Positions 1 to 12,577 of a DNA stretch of 64,000 nucleotides are shown here, in pieces. Position numbers and translations under genes: made by a program. Under the pieces are notes generated by a model that was given only the letters and a program-made list of their open reading frames with translations, had not been told where the DNA came from and ran no database searches. Numbering within the stretch: the first letter of the stretch is position 1; each line of letters starts with the position of its first letter. The DNA is from Chloropicon primus (Eukaryota). The stretch is taken from NCBI GenBank assembly GCA_023205875.1, contig CP060759.1, positions 620,001-684,000 of the forward strand, in the 5' to 3' direction.

Positions 1-1841
1 CGCACCACGAAGGACTCGAAGGCGTCCCAGTTGTCGAACATGCTCGGGCCCATCCTGAGGAAGGTCAGCCTCTTGAGCTGGGGGCAGCTCTCCTTGGTCT
101 CCTCGCCGTACGAGGCGTGCTCGATCTGGTCCAGGGCGAACTTGTCGTACCGCTGCAAAGCATTCTCCCCGGAGAGAGGGATGCCGACCTCCAGGGCTTC
201 CTCCTGCAACTGCGCCAGGAGTCCCTGGGGGCTGCACTTTGCGTAGTCGGGCTGCTCGCAGTCCCTCATCTCGACGGCCGTGAAATTGGCCACGGCGCCG
301 TGCTTCTTCAGCATCTCCATGATCGCCCTGTACCCGCTCCTGTTCCTCGTGTTGTAGTACCCCGCCGTAAGCTCCCCGGCGTGGGAGATGCTCTTGTACC
401 ACCAGTGCACCCCCGCGATCTTGATCCCCACCTTGACCTCGTCTATGGCTCGCACCATCTTCGCGCCGTCCTCCCTTAGGAACTGCACCGCCATCTGCTG
501 GCTCCAGCTGTTGTGGGACCTGACCACCTCGGACACGGAGGTCAGGACCCTGTCGCCGTGGTCGATCAGGGAGTCGGAATACCACTCGAGAAAGAAGTTC
601 CCGTACTCGGTGTTGTACGACCCGTTCTGGGGGTGGAAGAACCCGGTCTCCCACGGGCACTTGGTGTAGTTGCCAGAGTCGTGGGGGCCCCCGTGCCCCC
701 ACTCCGGGTGACCCACCTCCTTGGCTTTCTCCTTCAAGTCCGCGAGCATGTAGGCGTCGTAGCACTGGAACTCCCCGATGCCGGGGAAGCGCCACCGCCC
801 GTCCCCCTCCGGGTAGGAGGGGTACCTCATCTCCCCGGCAGGCCCCAGGCCCACGGTGACCTCCGAGACGACCCACCCAAGGTAGCCCTCGGTCGTTGTC
901 AAGAAAGCCTCCACAAAGTCCCTGTAGGCTTGGACGGGAGTCCTTCCCCTCAGCACGGGCTCCCCGTCGCACCCGAGGCTCAGGCACTCTGGGTTCACGT
1001 GCCCAGACGCGTCCGTAAAGAAGATGTCCGGCTGGTCCTGCCCCACCTGCAGCACCCAGTCGGGCAAGGGGATGTTCACGTTGTCCCCAACGTTACCCCC
1101 GGCCGCGTGAAAGCTCATCACGGCCTGAACCTTCAAGCCGTTGAGGGCCGCCATCTTCAGGAGCTCGAGGTACGCGTCAAAATTGTACCTCCCTGGAGTG
1201 TCCGCCTCCACCATGCCCCACCACACGTCCACCATCACCCCCGTCACCCCCGCCTCCCGGAGCTTCCTCAGCGCGTCGTTCAGCTTCTTCGGGGTCTTGA
1301 GCACGGGGTTGTAGACCCCCTCCTGCTCCTCCTGGCGCCACACCGTGTCCAGGGGGAGCATAACGTACACCGGCACGTTGGACTCCTCCTGCAGTCCCGC
1401 TGGAGAAAACGAAAGGAAACCGAAACAGGGAAACAGGGTCAGTCAGTCACAAACATCCTCGCGAGGAGCGTCGTCAACCTCGAAGAAGAAGAAGAAGAAG
1501 AAGAAGAAGTCACGTGACTCACCTTCTTCGGCGACCTCCACGACCGCGGCTCCCGAGAAAAGGGACTCGCACGTCCTCAGCACACTCGCCCTGACCATGT
1601 TCTCGTTCCGCGACCCCCTACCGGATGCTGCTGATGCTGATGCTGCTGATGCTGATGCTGATGACGATGATGCTGATGACGAAGAAGATGAGGAAGATGC
1701 CTTGCTGTTGTTGCACCGCCCCCCACCGACGCCGAAAGAAGCCTGACAACGGAGCAAGCGGTTCCTCCCGCGACCGTGCAAAGTTGTCCTCCGCCCGCTG
1801 GTGCTTGCGCCACCGAAGCACGTCCCTGCTCGCACGCGCAT
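1..1841 (-). CDS. Beta-amylase (GH14), plastid-targeted; 3' end runs off the left edge; intron 1400-1522
   Basis: Exon 1 encodes a Ser/Arg-rich transit peptide and ends at a GTGAGT donor. After the TTTTCTCCAG acceptor, exon 2 reads VPVYVMLPLDTV...GVMVDVWWGMVE...VMSFHAAGGNVGD...GPAGEMRYP, the GH14 motifs including the catalytic Glu. Confidence 0.95.
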
Positions 1842-2156
1842 CCTTCAGGCTCTGCTTCCGCTTCCTCCAGCGAAGGCGCGAAGCCTCCGACGTGTCCTCC
1901 CGCGCAGAATAGATTTTTTTTCGAGGGGATTGAGGAGTTGAAAATGCGAGGGAGAATTAACGCTCGGGTTCGTCGCGCAACAAGGGAAGAGGACCTGTGG
2001 TTGTCGAGGACTTTGTTCACGGACGGGGACGGCGAAGGGGAGGAGGTGTTGAAAGAACGCAAGGGTGTCTCACGGTCTTTCGATCGATACCTCGGCTGAA
2101 GGTTTTGGCGCACGGAGTGGTCCCTCGCTCCCCTTTGAGGTTAGAGGATCTCGAGA

Positions 2157-2303
2157 GCTCTGCAAAGCTCCTCGTCCTCCGTCGTCGAAGAGAACACGAA
2201 GCAAGACGGCCTTCCATCGTCAAGGTCAAGCAGGAAGAGTGAGGAGGAACATTATTGGCGGAGAGCAAAACAAACCGGTACGGGACTGGATAAAAAATAT
2301 GTA
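2157..2303 (+). pseudogene. Frameshifted 3' fragment paralogous to the small ORF at 38647-38916 and its 3' flank
   Basis: gctctgcaaagctcctcgtc...gtcaagcaggaagagtgag...ccggtacgggactg aligns with 38832-38980. A 2-nt deletion splits LCKAPR... and ...PSIVKVKQEE* into different frames. Confidence 0.6.
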
Positions 2304-2325
2304 TCGATTTTCAAAATATTACTCT

Positions 2326-3911
2326 TCAAATTGATGTGCAGGGCGTTGGGAACTGCCTGGTGTGGTCGCGGAAAAGCTGGTCCACCATGAGGGCCGACCC
2401 CTTGCGGCTCTTCTTGTCCATGTCCGAGAACGCCTTGTAGTGAAGCGCTGCGCTCGCCGTGTCCGAGGGGCCGCCCAGGCCCAACTCTTCCATCTCCGCG
2501 AGGAAGATGGTCGAGATGGCGTCCCCGTTGCTGGCTCCGAGGCCGAACCAATTCCGAGCCTCAGCCTCGTTCCTGTCCCCAGCGATGCCTGTCACCTTGA
2601 AGAGGCCCAGGCACCGGGCGGCGACAATGCTGCCCTCCAAGGCGGCCATCTTGAAGAGGTCCTGGCCCTTGCTCAGGAGGTCCGCGTCGTTCCAGCCCTT
2701 GGAGACCAGCTCCCCCGCGCTGATCATCATGTCCACGACGTCGTACGTCAGGTAGGGCTCCGCCGCCAGGTCGTCGTCCAGGCAATCGCAGGCGGAGAGG
2801 AGGACGGAGATGGCATTGGGTCCCCGCCCAAAGATCTCCTCGGCCTCGTCCTTCTCGTCCACCTCCCTGGCAACCTTTCTTTCCTTCCTCGCTTCCTTGG
2901 CCACCGGTGAGGGGAACGCCGCCTTGAGAGGGGTGTTATTGCTGACATCCCTCAGAGGGGTCGCGCCCCCGGGTCGGCCGTCGCCCTTCTCGCGCTGGTT
3001 CGCCTCCACCACCACCCTCGCGCCAGCTTCGCCGCGCCTCCCTCCTCGATCCTCGGCCGGGGAGGCCACGTGCTCACGCCGGCCCTCCCCGTGCGAAGGG
3101 GCGTGGAGCAAACCATCTTTCACATCGAGGGGAACCGATTCGCTCCCGGTCGAGAGGTCCTCGCTCTCGTCCGCGGCCTCCTCGGCCTGGGTCGTCTGGC
3201 TCGCCGTCTCCTGGGCCACAAAGGTGGTGGCCGGACCTGCCGACGACGACCCGTCTGTCCTTTGCGTCGACGCCTCCGCGGTCGCCGGGCCAGGATCCGC
3301 TTGCCTGGGGGCGGCAGGGATGGCACGCCTGTTGCGCAGGGGGGCGAGGGCCTGGTGCACCTCGTTCACCTTGTCCTCCACTCTCTTGCAGTGCTTTTTG
3401 AGCTTCCTGTCCAGGAAGAGTCCCACCCTCCCGAGGCCCTTCTTCGGCTTCTTCACCAAGGCCATCAGCTTGGACTCCTCCTTCTCCAGAGTCTTGCACA
3501 GCACCTTGAAGATCGCTGGCCTCTCCAGAGCCGCGGCGAGCTCCACGCACTGGTCGAAAAGCACCTGCAAGGACAGCGAGGACGGAGGGAGCAACGTTTT
3601 TTAGTGCCAACGCCAACGTTGTTCGAAGAAAGGTTCGTTTCGCTTGGCGATGCCGAGCCGACTGCTTCTCCTCGTTCGACCGCGACCTACCTGTGTCTTG
3701 TGCATCCGCAGCTTGGTCCTCCCCTGCTTCGCTTTGGGAAGGTTCTGACTGATAACCTCGACGCAGTCCTCATACTTCACATCGCATCGGTCGCAAGAAA
3801 AAGAAAGAGACTGGCAGTCAGCAAGATTGCTTTCCGAGGACGAAAGACGGATCGACCGGTGATTGATTTCCGTACCCAGCAGAACTTCTCCTTCGCCGCT
3901 TGCGCGTTCAT
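2326..3911 (-). CDS. SEL1-like repeat protein; probably 3 exons
   Basis: C-terminal motifs FKMAALEGSIVAARCLG and EARNWFGLGASNGDAISTIFLAEM are SEL1-like. Upstream exons (MNAQAAKEKFCW / YEDCVE...HKTQ) are inferred from GTACGG and GTAGGT donors; the 5' model is less certain. Confidence 0.65.
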
Positions 3912-4110
3912 GGCCGGCACAACGCTCTCTCTAGCTGTCGTCGTGTCGTTCGCGCGAAGGCATTCAAAAAAAAGATGAAAGGTGGCTTGGCTTGGCTGGG
4001 ATTCGCTCGGGATTGGGATTGGTGGGCCAAGGGGGAGGCGTGCGTCATTGCTTGCATGCATAGGGTACAAAGGCAATGGATGTATTATATTACTGTTATA
4101 CAAAATTCTT

Positions 4111-5934
4111 TCACTTAGTCATGTCATCAGACGAGGACGACGTAAAGGTGCAGCCGAGAAGCTTGCACCGCTCGTTCGACTGAATGCAACGCTGGAGCGC
4201 CTCGTACCACCGGTCGTCTTCCAGCCGTAAAGACCAGTGGCCGTGGCTTCTTGTCTGCATGCTGATGGAGCACCCAGACCCCTCCCCTTTCTCGTGCCTC
4301 ACCTCGGAGATGTCCCTCACTTGGATGGTCCACGACGGACGCTCCTGGACCAGCTCCGTGTGTGAGTAAAGGGCCAGAGCGTGCGGGGTCAGGACGCCCC
4401 AGCACCTCCGCTCGCCCCACTGCAGCATGCCCCAAGCCTGGATGCCCCCTTCGAACATCGCGTCCAAGCTCGTGATCTGCTCGCCGCTCTCCTTTGCCAC
4501 CCCGGTCGCCAGGCCCTTCGCCAGCCCCCTCGCGCCCCTCGCAACGCTCGCCGCGGAGCCGACGTTCATCGCCGCGAGCGTGGCCTTCCCCGTGGCCTCG
4601 GCCGCGTCCGCTCCGTACTTGTGGTCCACGAGGTCGATGGCCGTGTCCTTCAAGTCCGTGAGCAGGCACCAAGCAGACTTCTGCACGGTGAGCTGCAGGT
4701 CCACGGCCGAGGTGATCATGGCGTCCAAGATGGTGCCCATGGTCTGGAAGAAGCCGTTCTGCTCCGACCCCGCGCCCTCCAAGCTCGTCCAGTACTTGCT
4801 GAAGTTCGACTGAAGGATCTTGTCGCTGACCACTTTTCCCGTGTATTGGACCGCCTTGGACGTCGTGCTCACCACGAACTCTGAGGCGTTCACGGCCTTC
4901 TGCCCAATCCACTCCGCGCTCTCGATGTTCCTCATCGTGGCCTCGCTCACCTTGGTGTCCTGGGGCCCCGCCGGGAGAACCTCCCTCAGGGCCTTGCCGA
5001 ACACCTTCACCCCCGTGCCGGCCACGCTGGAAGTCGTCAGCAAGGTCTTGCACAACACGTTCCCGGTGGCTTTTATCGAGGTGGCCAAGACGGGCGCCAC
5101 CCCTTGCTTCGTGGAGGTGTTCACGAGCAAGTGGTCGCACTCTGCGAACACGCTGTTGGCGAATTTGATCAGGTGGTTCTGATCTATCTCCCTCAAAGCA
5201 GTTCCCTGGATCTCCCCCTCCTCCGAGTACGACGACGAGGGTCTCTCCGAGCCGTCCTCGGACTTTTCCCTCTTGGCGGGCTCGTCCATGGCGACCAGGT
5301 TGACGAACTCCTTGAGGCAGTCCTCGAAGCTCTCGATCGCGGGGTGGGTCCCGGATCCGCCCTCCTCCTCGCCGGTGGACTCTATCAGGACGTACTGGTC
5401 GTCCTCGCCCCCCAGGCCCTCCACCATGCGCGGCCTCTTGGGCGGTATCTCCAGCACCACCACGATCGCCCTGGCGCCGGCCTGGGGCAGCAGGTAGCAC
5501 CCCGAGCGGACCCTCATGATGCACTCGAAGGAGCTTATGTCCACCCGCAGCGATCCGATCATCAGGATGCTCCTCTTTCCCCTCTCGCCGCAGGTCTCGT
5601 CCTCCTCGCTCGCCTTTGCCGGCACGGACAGCTTGGACAGAGAGTACTCGTCGTCCATCACCACGGAGTCGTGCAGCGCGCTCGCCGAGAGGAGGGCGCT
5701 CGCGCCTCCCGCTGCCTGGCTGGGCTCGAGCATCTCCACCCCCATGAAATCGACGGGGCCCCTCCCTATCAGGCGCTTCTTGGGCCTCGGTATGGCGGAC
5801 ACGAACTTGTCCTCGTCACCCCCTTGGCCCCCCAACGCGACCTGGGGACCGTTTCGCAGCGAGCTCGCCGCGGGGGCCGCGTCCAATACGACTGCCGCCC
5901 CCTTGAGGTAAGACAACGGGTACTGCGTCCCCAT
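4111..5934 (-). CDS. Senescence/spartin-associated domain protein (ERD7-like) with C-terminal PH-like domain
   Basis: Spartin/ERD7 C-terminal motif TAIDLVDHKYGADAAEATGKATLAAMNVG. The terminal ~100 aa (WGMLQW..RRCWGVL..LALY..RWYEALQRCI) fit a PH pattern. Confidence 0.75.
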   Translation of the reverse strand: MGTQYPLSYLKGAAVVLDAAPAASSLRNGPQVALGGQGGDEDKFVSAIPRPKKRLIGRGPVDFMGVEMLEPSQAAGGASALLSASALHDSVVMDDEYSLSKLSVPAKASEEDETCGERGKRSILMIGSLRVDISSFECIMRVRSGCYLLPQAGARAIVVVLEIPPKRPRMVEGLGGEDDQYVLIESTGEEEGGSGTHPAIESFEDCLKEFVNLVAMDEPAKREKSEDGSERPSSSYSEEGEIQGTALREIDQNHLIKFANSVFAECDHLLVNTSTKQGVAPVLATSIKATGNVLCKTLLTTSSVAGTGVKVFGKALREVLPAGPQDTKVSEATMRNIESAEWIGQKAVNASEFVVSTTSKAVQYTGKVVSDKILQSNFSKYWTSLEGAGSEQNGFFQTMGTILDAMITSAVDLQLTVQKSAWCLLTDLKDTAIDLVDHKYGADAAEATGKATLAAMNVGSAASVARGARGLAKGLATGVAKESGEQITSLDAMFEGGIQAWGMLQWGERRCWGVLTPHALALYSHTELVQERPSWTIQVRDISEVRHEKGEGSGCSISMQTRSHGHWSLRLEDDRWYEALQRCIQSNERCKLLGCTFTSSSSDDMTK

Positions 5935-7221
5935 GGCGGTTCCCTCGACCGGTTCGGTTCTCTCGAGCGGCAAACGCGCCGCTTCACTTAGAGGACGAGA
6001 CGACCAGCAACCGTTTCAATAACAAACCGAAAAAAAAGAAAGAAAAAAAGGCTCACTCCTCTTCAAGACTCGAGCGACCGGAAGAGCAGTCCCATGCTCG
6101 CCGCGAGGACCGACGTCTCTCGAGGCCCGATAGGCGCGCAACCCCCCCCTCCCTCCCCGCCGCGTCGTGGACCCGTCCCGTCCCACGCGGACACAAGACA
6201 AAGGACCCGACGTTTGCCACCCGACGTTTGCCTCGTTCCTCGACCGTCCGGGCTCGAAACCGGTCGAGCGAGGTATCGGTGGAAAGCCCGCGAGACGCGC
6301 TTTCCCGTGGTCAGGTCGGACCAGGTCCCCTCGGACGCCTCTTTCTTCTCTCGCTCTCTCTCCTTCGTTCGCCAATGCCAATCAATCGCTCCCTTCCTCT
6401 CCCTTTTCTAAGAAGAGAAATAGGCCTCGTGTTTTCCCTCGTAAATGTAAATTCTCTTGTCCTCTCAAATCTATTGCGTGAGACGTTAGTCGTCGAAATG
6501 TTCGATCCGAGAGTGCTAATCCCTTTGACGAGATTTGGAAATATCGGTCCTCATGGATCGCAATCCACGGTGGTTTACAAGATTATCCCATGACAAAAGG
6601 ACAAAGGAGAGAAGGAGGTTCCTCTTTTGTCCTCTTGTCTTCGTTCTCTTGCTCTTGTTCGTTTTGAATCCTTCGTCTCGAGGAAAAACGCGCACGTGAC
6701 ACAACTCACTTCAACCTTTTCTTTCTTTCGATGGAGGAGGAGATGATCCCGCGCCAAGCCCAGGACGATTGGATCGATTCGATGATTGATTGGGGTCCGT
6801 TCCGTTTCGTTTCGTTCACATTGAAGCACCCTGGGTGGGAGCGTTGCTTCGAAAGATCCGAGCTTTCGCCACTCCTGCCCCCCGCCCCACCCCCGTCTCT
6901 CTCTCTCTCTCTCCGGTTGCCAAGCCTAGAAACCATCACCACCACTGACGCAGAAAGAGAGAAAGAGAGAAAGAGGGGTCTCCGGAGAAGGAGCTCGGTA
7001 TCCTCGACACCACCGCCACCGCCACCACCACCGCCATCCTCATCCTCTCTTGTGTCAAGTCAGTCGGTCTCTCCGGAACGAGGAGGGGGAAAACCCGCGG
7101 GAAAACGTTTCCCATTCTTCTTTCTTGGACTTTTTTGAAAGCTTTGGATCCACCAAAAAAAGGCGGGGACAGTCTTGGCGCCCTTTGTGACAGCCCTGCC
7201 AAGAGGGAGGGGGACACGAGG

Positions 7222-10200
7222 ATGACGCGCGGGGTACGAAAGATGCCGACCTTGGTCACCGCCCTGGTGGTGGCCGTGCTCTTTGTCGGCCACAACTTGG
7301 TGGTGGCGGGAACTCCTATTCCTCCACGAGTGCTAGAAGATAAGTTCACCACAGAGTGCAGGACTTTGGGCGGGACTGGGTCTCTCACGACAGGTAAGTG
7401 GCTGTGTTTGAGGTGAACACACGAACGCGTGCGGCTGACGACGACGACTTTGACGCGCGCTGTCTGCGTCTCTTTCTTCCGTCCGCACGCAACAGAGTGC
7501 GTCGTGAGCGAGTCGAAGCAGTGGGAAAGGTCCGACGTGGTGTCGGTGTCTGGCCCCGGAAACATAACCGTGAAGGAGAACGTGACGCTCACCGTGGACG
7601 GGGAGACCAGCTCGTCCTTCTCCGGCGGGTTCAACATCACCATCGGGGGCATCTTCACCCTGGAGCCTGGAGCGGTGTTGAGGGGGCCGACCATCGTTCT
7701 CACGACCAACGAACTCAACGTGCACCCGCGGGCGGCCGTGAACGCTTCGGGCCTGGGAAGCAGCGCTCAGGGCCTGCCCTTCGACAAGACTTTTGGGGCT
7801 GGGTACGGAGGCACCGGGGCCGCGTGCACGAGTGACGCCAAGGCCAGGGACAAGGGAAAGACGTACGGCTGGAAGTACAACTTCGAGGGGGTCACCTTCC
7901 CGTTCTCGCAGGAGGGAGGCGGGAGCTCGTCCGTCGGCAATGGCGGGGGCCGGATCTACATCCAGACCAAGGGGAACATCACTCTCGCGGGCGCGATCGA
8001 GTCGAACGGGCTGGGCTCGTACCAAAGGCACCACCCGGGAGGGGGCGGGAGCGGGGGGAGCATCACGATAGACTCCGTCGGGATCATAAACAACAGCTCG
8101 GATTACTGTGCCCTGATAAGCGCTTCGGGGGGTCCTGGCACCGAGACGCCGAGCTCTGACCCCGCGGGCGGGGGCGGAGGGGGGAGAATCTCGGTCAAGT
8201 GCCGTCAGTTCGACTCCAGCGTGAGGCTCCAGGCTTCGGGCGGCCTGAGCTCGGAGAACTGCACCATTGGCGGGTCTGTCAACAACGGGGGGGCGGGCAC
8301 CATCTTCTTGTCGGAGAACGACGTGGACCAGCTTCACATCTCGAACAACGGCCGGGGTGTGGAGAGAATCACGACGACTGAGGTCACCTGCCTCGGGGTC
8401 TTCAACGAGCAGCAGACGCTGGACAAATTCATCCTGCAGTACGAGGCCGTCGCGGAGATGTCCTCGAGCCTTACCCTCACCCAGGTCATCGCCAGGCAGG
8501 TGGAGCTGACGAGCTCCTCGAGCCTCATGTTCGGGAGCAGCTCCACCTGCATGTACGGGGACGACATCATCCAGAGGAAGAAGCCTGACGATGGCATGCT
8601 GGTGGGCCTGGTGATCAAGGCAGACAGTTTCTCCATGTCGAACAGTGTCATGGACGTGCACGCCGGGCACCTCCAGTACGGGGGCCTGTACACAACAGCT
8701 GGCAGTTTCAACCTTTCTGACTCGTCCGTGGTCACCATTGTCGCGGACACCAGCAGCAACCAGGCCACGGTGAGCAAGATCCTTGGCTCCGTCTCCATCA
8801 CCTCGGGCTCCTCCTTGATCTCGGACGGAAAGTTGTTCCTCACCCCGTTTTACGAGAGCGAGGCGATCGTCCAGATCGGGAGCGGAATGGACGAGGCGGA
8901 CCAGCAGAACATCATCGCGGGAAGCTACATCACTTTTGTGGGGTACAAGAACGTGTCCGTTGCCCAGAACTCGCAAGTTCTGGCTCCGTGCTCGCCTTCT
9001 GTCTCAAAGGCCTGCGCTGCTTTCAACCCCTGCTCCCAGTTCGGCGCGACCTGCCCGAAACAAGAGAGCCCTTGCCAAGAGAACACAAAGGGCTTCTGGA
9101 CGGTCTCCTTCTGCAAGATCTCGGACATGCTTCATATCGCCGGGGGGCTCGTCACCGGGTCTAACATTTACGTGGTAGACACTCCGGCGGTGAGCGTAAC
9201 GGACGACGGAGCGATCCTTGCCAGCAGTGGCTGTCCTCCGGGAGCTGGACCAGGAAACGGGACCGGGAATTCCATCAACGGTGCTGGAGGCGGAGCAGGG
9301 CATGGAGGTGACGGTGGGAACGGGACTTTTGGGGACCAGACGGCGGCGGGCGGGCTTTCCTACGGGAGCAAAGGGAGGCCGTGCGAAAACGGATCGGGCG
9401 GAGGCTCGGGAGAGCAGCCGGGGGGGAAGGGAGGCGGATCTATCTTGATGGGATCCAAGCAAAACCCGATGGATGAGATCTACCTGGACGGAAAAATCTC
9501 CGCGAATGGGGAAAACGCCGTGTCTTCTAACGCGTATTCCGCGGGAGGCGGTGGGGGAGGCGGCTCCGGCGGCAGCATACTCTTCTACGCGACTTCGTTC
9601 TCCTCGGCAAAGGCGTCAATCATTACTGCTAGGGGTGGTAATGCAACGTACTACGGCGGTGGCGGGGGAGGTGGCGGGGGGAGAGTGCACTTCGATTGGA
9701 CTGTCGATAATGGTGACGTTGGAAATCGCCCGATCAGGCGAATCCCGGCGATCATACCTTGCAACGTGAGCGTGGACGGAGGGGAAGGATCCAAAAATGG
9801 ATCGAGCGGATGGCACGGTACGGAGACCACGATATCCTGTCCCGTGGGCAGAACGGGCGTGTTTTGCGCTTTCTGTCCGCTCGGGACTTACAAGGACTCA
9901 GAGGGCCCCGGCCCCTGCAAGCCCTGCCAGGCGATACCAAGAAAGGCAAACTACTCGGTCGCCATCGGAGGGACCCAGTACCCGTGTGCCTATGGCTGCT
10001 ATACATACAACTTGGAATCGGACTGCGCGCTGCCGAACGCACTCCTCAGTTTCATTGAGAGGGCCTTCGGGGGGGAGCTGCAGTTCATCGGGATCTTTTG
10101 GGGGTGCATCCTGATGACGGCGCTGATTTCGGGCTGGATCAAGTCGGGCCTTCGAGGCCGAGACAGCAAGATCAAGAAGTTCGGAAACAAGTGGCACACG

Positions 10201-11703
10201 CCGATTTACGTCACGGACAACCTGCCCACGGCGTCCCCGCTACTGGAGTCCCTGGACGAGGTCCTCACGAACGATGAGACGGCTTCCCACACGAATTACG
10301 AGGACTTCACGCTGCGGATACACTTTCAGGGATCAGGATCCGTCCACGACCCCTGGAAGCTGAGTGAAATTCCTCCTCCGGAGCTCAAGAAGAACATGAT
10401 CATCGAGAGCGAGTACCTCAACTTCGTGGACAACTGCAACAGGATCACGATGTCCGAGGGAATCGATCAGCTCGGCACGTTCGGAATTCTCAAGTTGCTG
10501 TGCCCTCCCATCGCTTGGAAGTGGAAGAACAGGCACAGGAAAGTTGTTCTCGAGAACTTGCAGTACTTCATCGAGAGCGAGGAGGGGCACAGCTTTCTTC
10601 GCTCGGCGAGGTCCCGCGCCTTGCTGGATGTCCTGACTTTCGGCCACTCCCAAGACTTGACCTTGGCGTACTTCGATCTCCATGTGACCATCCACGAGAT
10701 GCAGAGTTCCATCAAGAACGCCAGGAACATGAAAGGGTCGAACGAAGAGATCCTGCATTCGAAGCTGCCGATGACGATCATGTTTGCGGGCGAGGGAAGC
10801 TTCCTTTCGCCCTACAACGTGCAGCTCCCGGCTTCGGATTTCCTTCAGCAGTTCCTGTGCGAGACCTTGTCGCCTCTCATTTGGGCCAAGCTCGTCGCGA
10901 GCCTCAACATGCAGCTTCAGAACACTCTCAGGAGCACGCTGGAGGACGACGTGGACAGGCTGCAAGCCTTTGTCAGGAAGAAGTTCGAGTCCTACCTGGC
11001 CTCCTTCGACATGAAAGCGAGCTTGTACGTCTCAAACCTGCACCTGGACACCTGCCAGATTGGTCTCATGATCGACAGCCTCGTGAAGGAGCCCGCGAGC
11101 GTGGCCCGCACTGAATTGGACGACACCTCCTTCCTGATTCCCGAGCATCGACAAGCCCCGAAGCTGAGGAGGGCCAAAGCCTTCAGGAGGGTGAAGCTCG
11201 TTTCCGCGGTGAAGAAGATACTGTTTTGCGCCCACGTGTCGTTCCGCGGGCCCAGGATGCAAGCCACGCTTGGGCTGGTCATCTTCCTGCTGGTGTCTCT
11301 CGACGGCTGCATCACGATCTACATGTTGATCGAAATCTTCGCCCTGCAGGAGATCTTTATCTTCTCCCTGCTGATCCCCCCGCTCGCGATACTTGCCTCC
11401 CCGTTCAACGGCATGTTTGAGCTCCTTCTCGGCAGGAGGAAGAACATGGCACTGACCGTGAGGCTGCACAACACCTGGAACATGTGCTCCATGATCAGCG
11501 TGTTGGTTGTTCTGTTCGGCGAAAGCATCCGAACCGTCTTGTACGCTGACAATTTTGATCACATCTCGTGGTATCACTCGCAGTCGACCTACTTCTTCAT
11601 GGTGCCGCTCTTTCTCCTCATCGAGAAAGTCTTGCAGATCCTCTTGGTCAACGTGTTCGCTGCGAGCATTGCTTCGGCCACCAGTGTGCTGAACAACAAC
11701 TGA
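7222..11703 (+). CDS. Large glycine-rich membrane protein with GCC2/GCC3 (ephrin-receptor-like) Cys domain, plant At5g11700-like family; intron 7394-7495
   Basis: Signal peptide in exon 1, repeated GGGGSGGSI/GGGGGRI motifs, CPLGTYKDSEGPGPCKPC, one TM helix, a cytosolic domain and a multi-TM C-terminus. GTAAGT...CAG intron. Confidence 0.8.
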
Positions 11704-12050
11704 ACCGGCACACACACCACTATTATTCTTTGTAACTCCTGTAAATAATCATCCTAACTCACCAGTCTTATTGTCGTTCTCCACTCTCATCGTGATCGGA
11801 CCACAGAGAGAGAGAGAGAGGAAGGGCGAGAGCGAGAGTGTGTGAGAAGCATTGTCTTGACGAAACCCAACCACGCAACAAGACAATGATAATGCACCCC
11901 GCCCACACACCCTTCTCTCTCCTCCCAATTCAATCCTCTCTCTCGGTCCTGACATTTCCACACGGGAACGGTTGCGAGGGCATCACAAGGAGGAGAGGGC
12001 GGCGACCGAGAGAGAGAGCAGAGCTTTACGGAAGGGAACGGAACGAAGCA

Positions 12051-12491
12051 ATGACTATGGACAAGATTAAGGTAAGGGAGGAGCGACACCGGCTTCGGCG
12101 GACGACGACGCGGAAGAGAATTCCGTCAAGAAAGGTTCGACGGAGATGCGTTTGCCACGGTGAAGGTCGTGCTGACCCAATTCCTTTTTTTTTTTTTTTT
12201 TGCTGCAAACGCAGACTGTTCAAGCCTTCGTGCAGAAGTGCAAGGCCGAGGGATTGTACACCCACATGATTCCAAGGTGAGTGGATGGTGCCGGCCGGCC
12301 CTCGTGGACTTTCTTTGCCCCCTCGCGCCCCCGAACCATGTCGCTGAACTCTTTTTTTCTTCCCTCTTTCCCTTCCCAGGAACGCCATGGTCACGAGCGT
12401 TGCCATTCCCATCGCTCTTGGCATCACGGGCAGCCTGATACTCACGAAGGGCATCTACAACACCACCACGGGAACGGGAAAGCTCGATTAA
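12051..12491 (+). CDS. Cytochrome c oxidase subunit VIIa-like (plant type); exons 12051-12071, 12215-12276, 12380-12491
   Basis: Spliced product MTMDKIKTVQAFVQKCKAEGLYTHMIPRNAMVTSVAIPIALGITGSLILTKGIYNTTTGTGKLD*. The TSVAIPIAL...GIYN...G.GK pattern matches plant COX7a-like proteins. Splice sites are canonical. Not in the ORF track. Confidence 0.8.
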
Positions 12492-12577
12492 GCATTCTAA
12501 GTCGTTTTGGGACTTCGTTTTAGCAAGGAGGACCGAACTTTTTATATCAAAACGAAAAAAAAACTTTTTGTAAGCCC

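Noticed and set aside
513..1517. Long + strand ORF, and similar antisense ORFs at 13251-14882, 14919-16952, 39348-40958 and 52814-54784
   Set aside because: Antisense shadows of real genes caused by GC3-biased codon usage; no recognisable motifs
1625..1700. GCTGAT-rich repeat giving poly-ML or poly-DA ORFs
   Set aside because: It is the antisense of the Ser/Ala-rich stretch in the beta-amylase N-terminal extension
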